From assembly GCF_004010195.1 (NCBI RefSeq), contig NC_057751.1, forward strand, positions 5,729,299 through 5,793,298: a stretch of DNA of 64,000 nucleotides. The letters run 5' to 3'. This document shows positions 49,401-62,830 of this stretch, piece by piece. The position numbers and the translations under genes are program-made. Each line of letters starts with the position of its first letter. Within the stretch, counting starts at the first letter, position 1. Below the pieces are notes generated by a model. It searched no databases. It was not told the DNA's origin and saw only the letters and a list, made by a program, of their open reading frames with translations. This DNA comes from Chiloscyllium plagiosum (taxonomy: Eukaryota).

Positions 49401-51306
49401 TGACTCAGTAGACAAACCTTCCTGAACAACCTTCGTTTCTGTAGCTGTGATGCACTCTCTGTTTAGCAATGCTACACACCCTCCTCTTTTTCCACTCTCC
49501 TTGTTCTTTCTAAACGTTCTAAATCCTGGAACATCAAACAGCCATTCCTGCCCCTGTGAAACCCACATCTCTGTTATGGCCACAACATTGTAGCCCCAAG
49601 TACTGATCCATGCTCTAAGTTTGTCACTCTTATTTCAGACACTCCTTGCATTAAAGCAGACACACTTTAACCGGTCCCTTTGTTTCATCGCTTGAGAAAC
49701 CTTCCTGTTAGATTCAATATATCCTGTCACTGTCCCGTCTGCAACTGACTTCCTCTCAGACATGTGGCTCTGATTCCCACCCCCCTGCAAAACTAGTTTA
49801 AACCCTCCCGAATCACACGAGCACATCTCCCACCGAAGACATTTGTGTCCCTCCAGTTCAGGTGCAACCCGTCCTTCATGTACAGGTCCCACCTTCCCCA
49901 GAAGGTATCCCAATGGTCTAGGTATCTGAAGCCCTTGCTCCTGTACCAGCCTTGCAGCCACGTGTTAAGCTGCATTCGCTGACTGTTCCTCATCTCACTA
50001 TCTCGTGGCACTGGTAGCAAACCTGAGATCATTACTCGACTCGTCCTGCTCTTCAGCTTCCAACCTAACTCTCTGTAGTCACTTTTCAGATCCTCAATCC
50101 CTTTCCTGGCTATATCATTGGTGCCAACATGTACCACAATTTCTGGCTGCTCCCCCTCCCCCTTCAGAATCTTGTAAACCCAATCGGCGACATTGGCACT
50201 GGAGAGGCAACATACCTTTCGGGAGTCCCGTTTCTGACCACAAAATCTCCTGTCAATCCGTCTAACTATTGAGTCCCCTACCACTAGCGCTTTTCTATTT
50301 TCCTCCCTTCCCTTCTGAGCCACGTGCCAAGCTCAGTGCCAGAGACCTGACAACTGTGGCTTTCCCCTGGTAGGGTATCCCACCAGCAGTATCCAAAACG
50401 GCATACTTATTGCTGAGGGGAATGGCCACAGGGATCCCTGCTCTGACCGTCGGTTCCCTTTTTTCCCCCTGACAGTAACCCAGCTGTCCTTATCCTGTGT
50501 CTGGGGAGTGACCACCTCCCAGTACATCGTCTCAATTTCCCCCTCAGCCTCCCAGATGATCCGTAGTTCATCCAGCTCCAGCTCCAGTTCCCTAACTCGG
50601 TTTTTGAGGAGCTGGAGTTGGGTGCACTTCCCGCAGATGTATTCGGCAGAGACATGTGAAGTGTCTCTCATCTGCCACATTCTGCAGGAGGAACATGCAA
50701 CTGTCCTAACATCCATATCCCGCTACTCTGAAAGCTTGCACAGAACTAAACAAAGGAAGAGAAGAAAAAGAAAGAGAAATCTGAAAACTTACCTAGTTTA
50801 CAGACTCTGAGTAAGGTTAGAGGAGGTGGGTGGGAGGGAGGCCGTATGGTGTAGGTCTCAGGTTTAGATCTCACCCACTTAAAACCTTCCCAGAAGTCCT
50901 TCTCTCCTCCCTTGCACCTCTCGGCAAATGGGGATCTTATGTGCCCTCTCATGAGATTGCAAAAGATCTTTGAAATTATTTCAAAGAAGTCTAGGGGAGC
51001 TCTACTCCAGTTTCTCAGTCCATAAGCTTGCACAGAACTAAACAAAGGAAGAGAAGAAAAAAAAGAGAAATCTGAAAACTTACCTAGTTTACAGACTCTT
51101 AGAGGAGGTGGGTGGGAGGGAGGCCGTATGGTGTAGGGTCTCAGGTTTAGATCTCACCCACTTAAAACCTTCCCAGAAGTCCTTCGCTCCTCCCTTGCAC
51201 CTCTCGGCAAATGGGGATCTTTTGTGCCCTCTCATGAGATTGCAAAAGATCTTTGAAATTATTTCAAAGAAGTCTAGGGGAGCTCTACTCCAGTTCCTCA
51301 GTCCAT
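46435..51306 (-). mobile_element. Full-length CR1-clade LINE, decayed, with a gap and a duplicated 5' region
   Basis: 3' tail (catagaa)n at 46435-46455. RT VYMDFSKAFD and SGVPQGS; EN CFNARS, ITEMW and MGDFNFPNIDW. ORF1 has SGNH esterase (VGDSIVR, VHVGTND, DGLHL) and N-terminal CxxC...CxxC plus a leucine-zipper-like segment (50716-50333). Confidence 0.93.
46842..47820. other. Assembly gap (N run)
   Basis: Run of N bases inside a CR1 copy. Confidence 1.
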
Positions 51307-52802
51307 ATCATGAAGTTATTTGGTCATTACCACTTTGTTATTTTCCAGAACTTGTCAAGCAAAAATTGTCTTGATATTTCCTACATGACAACAGAGACTC
51401 TGCTTCAAAACATATAGAATTGACTAAAAATGATTTGGGACACTTTGAGGTGGTGAAATACTATATGCAACTACAGTCTTTCTTTCTCTCAGAACAGAAC
51501 AGGTAAATTGCTGTGCAAAAGAAGGGCTTAAATTAAGAAAGGATGAAATGGAATAGATAGAAACAGACTACTTTTTCATTGTTGAAGCATTAAAAATGTG
51601 AGGAAATCAACACAAGATTAAATCTAAGAGAATTATGACAGACAGTAGGAGTTTTTTTTAGTTATACAAGTTTGTGAGACTATGGACTGTAAAAGTGGAA
51701 TTACAGATGACAGCAGTCGCTGCATCAATATTGAAGAATAGGTTAAATAGGTGATTGAATAAAAAACACATGAAAAGATAATTGTGGAGAAATGGGATGA
51801 GGACAACAACTTCTGTGAAAGATAAACATCCTAGTAAATTGTTCAGATCAGCAGCTTACTTCTGCATTGAAACTGGTATTTAATTCTGAAGGGAAGGTTT
51901 GTGGACTCCACTTGGCAACTGTGAGATGATTGAATTGGGGAATATATGCTATGCAGACAGAACTCACACTGATATGGTATGTTGTGCTACAGTAATTCTG
52001 AAGGTGTCCCAAAATAAAAAAAATTTAAGATTCACTTCAAGCCTCTGTGTTGGATCTTCAGTTATTGAGGACGCCAGCAGCCTCCACCATTAGGTGCCCA
52101 CATGCATGTTTCAGTGATTTAAATATTTGTGAAGTGCAGAGAGTGGAAAATGGGCTAAAACTCTTCAGGTATTCACTTCAGATTCTCAAACAGAAATGAT
52201 TCAACTAATCTTGAAACAGCAAATTCAGAAACTGAAGGAAGTTAGACTATCAATGGAAATGCTTTGCTAGCATTCTTTCTGAAATTTGACACACTGGCAT
52301 TTCATCATGTGTGGCTTTAATAATTGATTAAAGTGATTGGATTGTGCTGTTCATAATCGCACAGTCTACAGCAGCAAAGTACTTGATTTGTGTCCTCAAT
52401 CTGTGCTAAATTAGTCAATATCACAGATGCAAAGGTCTGGGTTCTATAACTAACTGCAATGATTTTTTTTGGGCCAAAGCTGTGGTGATCGTGCCAGAAG
52501 GTTTTCATGAATTCATTTTGGAATATGGTAATCGTTTCTTAAGCTGACATTTCTGGGAACACAAGAAGAAAAGATTTCTAGGGAATGCAACAACTTGAGG
52601 TTGTGTTACTACTTAAGAAAACTATAGCTGATCTGAGAACTAATTCCTTTGCTTTCTACCGTGGCTCACAAAAAATTTATCAATCTTTGTTTTAAAATGA
52701 ACAATTGATGTAACATTAATTGCCATTTGTGGAATAGAGTTTCAAATTTCGACCACCATGTTTGTGAAGAGGTTATTTCACTCCTGAAATCTGGTTTTTA
52801 TT

Positions 52803-54825
52803 GTTGGACGATGCCAAGAGGCAGTATCGGACCAAGTTAGAGGCCCAAAGCCAACCATACAGACACCCACCCACTGTACGGGGGCAAGGCCTATACAACA
52901 TAATGGAATACAAAGGGAAACAGAGTAAGATAGCGGACAAAACACATCTGTCCCTGGTGAGATTAATGCCTTCTATGCTCGGTTCAAGCAGCATGCCAGC
53001 GACGCAGTGTCACTTGTCCTGATAACCATGGATGCTGTTTCCTCCATCACCATTGCAGACATCAGACCAGTCTTCCTGAGAATCAACCCAAGGACAGCGA
53101 TGTCCCAGATGGAGATCTCGAATGTGCACTTAGATTCTGTGCAGACCACCTGGCAAAGGTATTCGTTGAAATCTTTAACATCTTCCTCCTACAAGCCGAG
53201 GTCAAGACCACCATCATCCCAGTATCAAAGAACACATGTGCAACATCCCTTAATGACTACCACCCAGAGGCAATGACTTCCATAATCATGAAGTGCTTCA
53301 AGAGACTGGTCATTGCCTTTGTCAACTCAGGTCTCCCAGCCTGCCTCAATCCCTTGCAATGGTCTTAACAATAAAACAGGTCCACAGCAGAGGCCATATC
53401 CCAAGCCCTACACTCCTCTCTGGAACATCTAGACAATAAGGAATCATATGTCAGACTCCTACTCATCGGCTATAGCTCTGCCTTTAATATAATAATCCCT
53501 TCCATATTAAACTCCAGACATCATAATCCCCTCCAGGTCTTGGCTGCACTCTCTGCAACTGGATCTTCAGCTTCCTGATGCACAGATGGCAATCAAAGAA
53601 AATAAACTATCACACCATCTCCATGATAACCCTCAACACTGGAGCCTCCCTTTCAAGGATGCACCCTCAGCCCACCATTGTACTCCCTGTCCATGTACAA
53701 CTGTGTAACCAAATTCCGAATGAACACCATCTACAAATTTGCTGACGACACCACCAATAGTAGGATGGATATTACAAAACAATGAGTCCAAATACAGAAA
53801 GGAGATTGAGGGCTTAATGTCGTGGTGCAATGATAACAACCTCTCTGTCAATGTTGGTAAGTCAAAAGAACTGATCATTGACTTCAGGAAGAAAAGAGGA
53901 GAACATGCCCCATCTACATCAATGGAGTTGAGGTGGACAGGGTTGAGAGCAACAAATTCCTAGGAGTGACAATAACCAACAACCTATTCTGGACTTCCCA
54001 GTTAGATCCAACGGTCAAGAAGGCACAAAATGCCTCTTTTTCCTCAGGTGGTTTAGGAAATTTGGCATGTCCATAAGGACCCTCACCCACCTCTACAGAT
54101 GCACCATAGAAAGCATCATATCCAGGTGCATAATGGCCTGACATGGCAACTGTTCTGCTCAGGACCATAAGAAACTACAGAAGGTGGTGTGCACAGCCCA
54201 GATCATCATGGAAACCAACTTCCCATTCATGGACTCCATTTACAGTTTTCACTGCCACTGAAAGGCTGCCAATATCATCAAAGACCTCTCCCACCTCGGT
54301 AATGCTCTCCTACAACCTTTTCTGTCCCTATCTGGGTGCATAATGGCCTGACATGGCAACTGTTCTGCTCAGAACCATAAGAAACTACAGAAGGTAGTGT
54401 GCACAGCCCAGATCATCAGAGAAACCAACTTCCCATTCATGGACTCCATTTACAGTTTTCACTGCCACTGAAAGGTTGCCAATATCATCAAAGACCTCTC
54501 CCACCTCGGTAATGCTCTCCTACAACCTTTTCTGTCAGGCAGAGGGTACAGAAACTTGAGCATATGCAGCAACAGGTTCAAGAACAGCTTCTTGTCTGCC
54601 GTTTTTAGACTAATGAATGGACTCTCTAACTTCAAATAATGGTGACTTTGTTAATGTTTATCTTGCTCTGCGCACCTCCTGTCTAGTGTAGCCTATATGC
54701 CTCGCTCTGTCTAAGCACCCAATGATCTGTAGGTCCTTATTTGCTATGATCAGCATGTACTGCTCGCAAAACAAAGCTTTTCACTGTATCTGGGTACATG
54801 TGACTACAATAAATCAAATCAAATC
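52803..54825 (+). mobile_element. Rex1/Babar-like LINE, 5'-truncated and decayed, with internal 210-bp tandem duplication
   Basis: LNDYHPEAMTSIIMKCFKRLV, KFADDTT and LSVNVGKSKELIIDFRKK motifs. 3' end caataaatcaaatcaaatc. Confidence 0.85.
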
Positions 54826-57800
54826 TGATTTGGATTCCCTAACTGGAGGAAATGGCTTCTATTCAACACATCAGCTCCCGTTAATATCTTGAAATTATGC
54901 CTGAACCTTATAAATTGAAAACATTCAACCCAGTTCAGTTAATCTTTCCCCAGAGCTTGACCCCATGGAATGTAAGTGTTATTAACTTTTTGACCATTCT
55001 CAGTTGCACTACAAAGGTACTCATGCAGTGGGTGCCTCCTTGAGCAACTTTTGCAGTTTGGGTTCATTCATTAATTTGCTTAGTCATTTCAGAGATCAGT
55101 TCATTCACAGCAATGTTGAAGTGGACCTTGGAGTCACATAAAATCCAAACTGAATTTGGAAGGAATATGTTGTAATGAGAAGCTGACAACTTCATGGTTG
55201 CTTTTAGAAATGCAACTGCTTATTTCATATTTCTCAAACTGTCCTTGTAAGAACTTAAAACAGCATTGTCTGGCTCATACATCCTGGCCTTTTGTCCAGT
55301 GATATACCCACTCTCAAAGAAGGCCGTTGTATCTGTACATGTTAGATAAGCACAGGATTGGCTTATGTCTGATGCTGCTGAATTGAAATTACTTGTCAAC
55401 GGTCCTAAAGAATCATTACTTGGATGAGATGTCAGCTGCTGTCCATGGCCACTTAGTCATTCTCAGTTATTCTCCAGTATGAGAATCCAGATCTCTCGTA
55501 ACTTGAAAGAGGCATATGTAACATCCAATTTTGGACAATTTGAATGATCTATATCCATCGTAACTGAGCTTAATGTGATGTATAGTACATTTCTCATTAT
55601 GCTCCTCTTCCAATTTAAAAAAAATGTTTGGCATTCCTTATTTTTTTGGAAGGGACCAACAGTTAAGCTGCATCATCATCACATTGATCTACAAAAACTT
55701 TAGAATACTTATTAAGAATGACTTGTAATCACAGAGTATTATAGGGCAAGAAAAAGAAACAGCTGTAAGGAAGAGTGAGAATTTGAACTCAAGGATGTGA
55801 ATTTTTCAATCTAGTCATTGCTGGACTGTTCACCAATGTCAGTCAATGTAAGGACTGATGGATGAATGAGAAATGGTGCAGGTTAGAGTATAGGCAGTCC
55901 ATTTTGATAAATGTATGGTGTCTGGAAGGTGGGAAGCCAATCAGTAGAGCTTTGGAATCTCAAAACTGGTTGGAATAAAAAGATGGTTGAGAGTTTCATT
56001 AGCACATGGACTGCAATGTAGAAGGTAATGGACTCAATCTCAATGTGTTTAACTGGAGGAAATTTCACCTTGTTCAGGACAGTGTGGTAGACAAGTAGAA
56101 CACACAAATGCAAAAGAGGAATTGAGAGAGTTACTGTTAAGGTCAACCAAAGTATTGACTTTGCGACAGTAAGCTTTCAATTTAGAAATCTGTGGAGGAA
56201 CGTACACTGAAGGAAGCAGCGCAGTCCCACAGCTTTGAAGTGATGAAATAGAATTGTTGATCATAAAATGCATCTTAATTTCAAATGAAATAAAAATTAA
56301 AGAATGATACAATGAAACATGTGAGGGACAACACATTTTGAGCTTCAGGAGAATGCAAGGTTAACTTTCAGATGAGCAATAATCACAATAAAATGATAAA
56401 GAGGGATGAGAAGAGTGACCACAGAAATAGGTCGGGGTTCAGACAAACCAAAGTATAAATAAATAAGCAGCGAGATGTCAGCTGAGATGCTTCTTATAAA
56501 GAATAACAAAGCTTCAGCATTACATTGAACATAGAAATTCAACCTTGAGGGATTTACTGATCAGAACTGATTTCTGCATTTGCACCGGGATCCTCGGATT
56601 GAATTCCTACCTTATATTTCTGTCTATTATATAGGCAAGAAACCTCACAACTTCTAAAATATATGTAGGTGAGCACTTGAGATGTCATAAACAAACATTC
56701 AAGGCTATGGGCCAAGTGCTGGAAAGTGGAATTAATGTTGATCAGTTGGTACAGACATAATGGGCTACAGGACCTCTTCTGTGCTGTTTGACTCTATGAC
56801 TTTCTGACTGTGACTACAAATTTAAATTTTGTTTTGGAGAGGTTTTGTTTTCATGTTGTGTGCCAAATCTAAGCTAGGAAAGTTGATTTAAACGATTACT
56901 GCCTCTATTGGACTATGAAAGCAATTCATGCAAAGACGAAGGGAAAATTTGCAAAATGAATGAGTCAAACTCTCTGGGGCTCAGCCAGATTCCTGTCATT
57001 TGCTAAATTGTTTATGTTACTCTATCATTGTTTTGTTAGGATCAAACAAATAATAAATGGTGCATTTATTGAAAACATATGTCAAAATGAATCATCCACA
57101 GTGTTATACAGCACAAAGCCTTATTTTGTTTCTCAAGCCTGGATTTTGATGTTCAAAATTAACGGTTAACATTCCTAAATTCAGGTGGCTGCAACCTGAT
57201 GCCTATTATAGTTTTCTTAATAAAACAGTTTCATTTTTGAACAGTGAATGATTTTATGGATTAACTCCATAAACCACATACAACCCTACACTGTACCACG
57301 AGCAAACGTAGCCTCAATTAAGAACCGAAACAAATTGAAACTTTTAATATTATACCCAGCTAACATGGAAACCATAAGGTCAGCCAGATGGACCTCATAT
57401 AATCTGAGTTCCCTGATTAGGGCTGTTAATCTGGTTCAATCAGGGAACTCTGGCTGATTTGCATTTCAAAGTTAGTTCAACTGGAATTCACTTTGTCAAG
57501 TCCTTTGCTTGTACACTGCTTGTGTGGAAACCTCTTGGCAGCAATGCAATTGAAAATCATTGCACCACATGAGCATGAATAATGCTAAACAAATATGATG
57601 GATTTGTTGAAAGTTAAAAGCAACAAGAGACAGGAATGAACTGGTCTCACGGTGAATAAAATAATATTTAATGTTATCCTCATGTGATTTGCTGAGAGAT
57701 TTCAAAAAGTTCATCTGAGCTCATCAGTTAAGGTCTATTTTATAAAATGCCCTGTAATGCTTACTGGGGAATGTTCTTAATTTTGCAATGCTTCTTTGTT

Positions 57801-58786
57801 CCTGTTTTTCGTCAAAATTATTGAAGTATCTAAAGACTTGGAAAGCAATTCTTTGACAAACATGAAACCTCTGCCAACTAGAAGGACAAGGACAATAGGA
57901 GCATGCAAGTGTCCAAGTTCCTTTCCAAGTTACCTATCAACTTGACTTGGAATGTATCATTGCTCTTCGGTTGACACTGGGTCAAACTCCAGTAGCAAGT
58001 TCATCACCATTCTCTCAAGGGCAATTAAGAATGGGCAAAAGGATGCTGACCTTGACAAAAAAAGCATTTGTTTCTTCAGTTTTGGAAGCGGGATAATTGA
58101 ATTATTTGGGAACTCAGACAAAAAATGCACATTCCCTTTCAAAGTATCAAAAATATGAAAAATACTACAGAAGGCAGACATTTCCTGCTGTTTTTGACCA
58201 TGATATTTTGGCTTCTCACCAAAGGCCAGGAACTTACAAGCAGCTATCATTCCATGGAATCTTCACTCAATACTGCAGGTTGAAAGTAACTTATATATCA
58301 ATTGCCCCCAGTGCAGAAAGCACCTGCAAACATTTTCTTGGTCAAAATGGCAAATGGCTGTTGTTGATCAAGCTTGACATTTTTCAGATTTAGTCTTGGC
58401 TCTGATACACGCTTCCAAATTGAATTGCTTTTTAATTTGATCTGTTGCTTTAAAGGTACTTCCTGGAGAGGCAAATTGTGACATGAATTGTGATCTTCAT
58501 TGCTTAGGGAAGTTTTGATTACTCAGCTGCTACTTGAAAGTCTTTGATATCCCCCTCTTGGTAGTCATTACATTGTTAAAGAAAGAGAAAGCAGCAGAAA
58601 TGGATTGGCTTTTTCCAAAGGGATTTTGGACTTAACAACAACTTACATTTTTATGGCAGAAAAATGTGATGTCAGATGACCAAACGCAAGAGATTGATTT
58701 TAAGGTATGTCTTCAAAGAAGCAAGTAAAATTTGAGAGGAAGATAAGTGCAAGGAGAACATTCCAAGGCTCAGAACCTGCCCAGCT

Positions 58787-59412
58787 TGTTATGGACCAGG
58801 CCAGACCCCCTCCAACATTTCAAGAAAGTAGTCCCGACCCTAACTTTGCAAGTTGTTTTAAGAGGTGTACAGTGGATATTCCAGGAGGGATGCATCTGGT
58901 CAAACCGCTTAATTTAAACAAAACAGAATTTATGTACAAGGTTACCGAATGAAACACAAACAAAAGAGAACAGAATACCGAATAACTTAACCTATCCAAA
59001 AACACAACAAACAATCCCAGCTTAATGATGCTGATCCAAATTCCTGCAACAATCCCCATAAACACCCCATGGTAAAAAATGAAAAATCAAACACAGGGTC
59101 TTACAGGAGAGAGAGAGATGGCAGAGGGACTCAGCATGGAACACCTTGTGTGTAGGTGTTTCTTGGACCAGCAGCTTCAAACCGAACTGACTCGTTTCTG
59201 TGAACAGCCAGACTGCGAAAACCAAACCAAACCAAACCAGAGCGAAGCTGAGCTTGGAGAACTGGCCACTCCCCTTTCATTGTACAAGTGTTTTTTTTTA
59301 AACCTGAAAACATTTTCAAGTAGATCAATCCCAGACATTTCGGAGTCTGTGTCTTTACAACTTCCTGAAAAGAAACCAAAGACAACATAATCTTGTTAAA
59401 GGAGCAGCATCA
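58787..59412 (-). mobile_element. Solo LTR (626 bp) inserted in a decayed L2-like fragment
   Basis: TG...CA termini flanked by ccagct at 58781-58786 and 59413-59418. Homologous to the split LTR at 28527-35537. Confidence 0.8.
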
Positions 59413-59869
59413 CCAGCTGAAGATACAGCCAGTTATGATGGAGCAATTAAAATCAAAGATGCTCAATAGGCCAGAATTTGATGAGCACAGACATCAGCGA
59501 GATTTAGAACCAGAAGAGGTTATGAAGACAGGGAGGATGAGGTTGTGCAGAGATATGAAAACAGGAATGAGAATTTTAAAATCAATGGATTGCTTTACCA
59601 GAAGCCAATGTTGGTTGGCAAGCCAGGGCTGTAAGTGAAAATGAGACCTGATGCGAACATTCATGCTGTAGAATTTTGAATGAACTCATATATACTTGAC
59701 TGGGAGCCAAGTAAGATAGGTTTGACTCGCATTTTATATAGGGGCCTGAATAATACAGGCTACGATGAGAAATATGGCAGAATTGCATGAGAAGTACAGC
59801 GAGGTCAATCTCGATGTCAGGAACATCTCTCTCTATCTTCTAACTAAGTTCTGGACACCGTGATGATAA

Positions 59870-61480
59870 TCAGCACTGGTGAGTTAAGGGGGATTATTGC
59901 TTGTTAATGACAACTGCAGATCTTGCCTGATTGATATGCAGTTTTTTAATAGTTTGATCATCTCTAGATGTGGAGAACTCTGAACATGGACGACAGAATG
60001 GGTACCTGGTGACTTCAGCTCGTCATTGCTTCAGAGGACCTCTACATTGGATATGTGACATCATCTTCTCAGAGCAAATTTCATGGGCAATGACCATATG
60101 CACCCCAGTTCCAATGACGAATGTTTGCCAGCTTCTAAGAACCCTCATTGTACATCTCTGATCCACTTACAGGACACTTTTTCACTTCTGTGCTGAATTT
60201 TGGAGTGAACCAGTAACTATCATTATAATGTTGGAGCAAGGTCACTCTGCTGGGACATGCAGCCAGTTCATGGACTGGACCAGGTTGCATCTTCAGGCTG
60301 TTGACCTGCTGCATGAGCACTGCCTCATTTTAAGTCAACGTAGATGATCACAGTATCCTTGCTGTGCCTTGCCTTTTGGCGCCTTGCCTCTTGGCAACTT
60401 GCCCCTCAGTCAGAGATGCTCACAGTATTGTTGTATTGCTATGCTGATTAGTGGAGACACAAAGCCAGGCAGCTTGTCATTGTTGTCTCTAGTCCTCAGT
60501 AAATTAAAGGGAATTAGTGTTCAGACAGGGAATCCTAACACACTAAGTCAAAAGTAGCTCTGATACTGGTCCAGTGGCTTGGACAAGGTCGGTCAGCTTT
60601 TCATATCCGTCAGAGTTGGGGTCCTTTTCTTATATGGGGTGAGGAGGGAAACATCAGATAGTCCACCACCTGTTTTGACTCTTTCTGTTGTAGTTGGCTG
60701 TTTTCCTCCTGGAATGAGAGACAGACAGGTAATACGACAGATTCAAGTGGGTGGCACAACTGTTACTTCTGCTGCAGGTGAAGAAGCATCCTGAGTGAGT
60801 TGAGTGGGCAGTGCAGAGGGCATGCTGGGTTCATGGTGTCAGGGATTGGGGTGGGTGACAGTGAGTAGGGGATGATGTTACAGCCAAAAATGACAGTGGT
60901 AGAGCATGAGCCTTTGTGGATACAGTAACAGAGACATCATTGAGTGTGAGGTATCAGGAAAAAGATCATGACACTGATGCTGGTGTAATAAGAAAGTAAA
61001 CATCCATCTTCCAACATTATTGTGCATTCATCCAGTTGGTTAAGATTAAATTGACCCAGTTGGCAACCTCAAACCAGGCTGACATGGGCTGGTGTCACCA
61101 CTGCTGGTTCTGGGTGAGCAGGACATCTAACCTCTGCAGTACCCCTCCATCAGGACCGCCAGCTCTCTACCTGCAAAGTGAAAAGGTCATTTGTATTTCT
61201 CCGCCATGTTTGTGGCAAATGTCAGGAAGTGTGCAGAGCAGCTTTGGACTGCATTTGTCTGGCTGAACAAAGGCCTTTTAAAGATGGCACCAGCACCAGG
61301 GAGACTGGTCGTTCCCAGAAAATTCTGGCAGTGTTTGCTTTTTCTTGAAACAATAAATGGTAAAATGGAACGAGAGGAATGGCACTGGAGTGAGGTGGAT
61401 TGTCACAGGCAAGTTTGGTTAACATACAGTGAGAAACTTTGCTTGGCCCTGAAGAGAGAAACCCCCCAGGAAACTTGATG
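59870..61480 (-). mobile_element. Possible highly decayed PIF/Harbinger-type DNA transposon (Myb/SANT-like ORF remnant)
   Basis: Minus strand near 61180-61000 gives FAGRELAVLMEG...LDVL...EVA, reminiscent of Harbinger Myb-like proteins. Weak, with uncertain boundaries. Confidence 0.3.
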
Positions 61481-62574
61481 AAACTGACACAATGAAAGAA
61501 GGGTTAGAATTGGCCCACAGTGTCATGAAAAGGAATTTAAAAAGCATTTTGAGATTATCCAGGTAAGGACTGCAGATGATCAAGAAATTCTTTCTGTGCA
61601 TTATATTTTGTCATACTGTTTGGTTGAATGTAATTCTGTCCTTGCCCAGTGACATTACTTCTTGATGCGGTATTGTTACATGACCAGCCACTACCAGTGT
61701 TTTATTCAAATAGCTTCTCTAGTCACCTCAACCTGCAGAGCAAGTTTCAGAGACATAATTGACAACAAGAACAATCCCAGTCATATCTGATCTTGATGTG
61801 GCTTTATGTCAATTTCTAGACCCTATCCAATCTAAGTTTTGATTTCATTTCCCAAACCAAGGGGCGACGCAGGCCAATCATTTGATGCCCTAGGAGCACA
61901 TAATCTTGGATGAAGACGAATTTCGTGAAGTGGGAGATAACGACTGGCCAGGCAAACATTGGAATTGTCAAGTCGAGAGGTCACAAAGCCATGGATGAAG
62001 ATTTAAGTAACAAATGAGCTGAGGGGGAGGGTTCTGAGTCAGGCAATGTTCCAGAAGTAGAAGCACTGTTCTGAATGAGCTAGCTAACTTGGTTGACAGC
62101 GAAAATGGAAACTGGTATTTTGAAGTTTTTAATGAGAGGTTAATCCAGGCTGTTTACAGCTATTGACCCTGATATCATTAATGCACACAGCATTAAAGGC
62201 TGACTGATGTGCCAAACGCTGTCAGTTCAATATGTTTGCTAACTATCTTGCAAAGTGCAAATGAGAACAAAAATCATGGTTTTAAATATTTCAGTTTGAG
62301 CAGTTTGCATGGGTCAGTAGTGATTTAAGCGAAGCTGAGATGAATCAATGCAGCTGCTGTGCAGTCATTTGGTGGTATCCAGCATGGATCGCCAGACCCA
62401 AGAACATGATTTGCAGTGAAGATAATCTGCAAAGCATTAACTAACAGGAGGGTGTCGCACACAGTAGGTTCAGGCCAAAACCATGATAACTGATTGAAAG
62501 CAAAAACAGCTGTCCAAAAAATTTTAAAATGTGTTAGTAAACTGATTCAAGCTTATGGAACAAATCCAGAGACA

Positions 62575-62830
62575 AAACGTGCATTTATATAATGTGTTTA
62601 ACGAAGTCAAACATCTCAAGATGCTTCAGACTAATTTTCACACCAAACCAAGGAAAAGGATTTTCAGGCAAAAGACCAAACACTTGGCCATAGATGTAGG
62701 TTTCAAGAAACTGAAAGGGAAGGAGAAAGAAGTTGAAGTACGGAGACAATTATGAAGGTAATTCTAGAGTTTAGGATTCAGTCAGCTAAAGGTGTGACCA
62801 CCCATAGTGGAACGGTGAAAATCATGGTCC
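62575..62830 (-). repeat. Decayed L2/Deu-SINE-type 3' end (similar pieces at ~58635-58780 and ~59419-59800)
   Basis: gcatttatataatgtgtttaacgaagtcaaacatctcaagatgcttca resembles a reverse-complemented L2-type tail. Confidence 0.5.
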
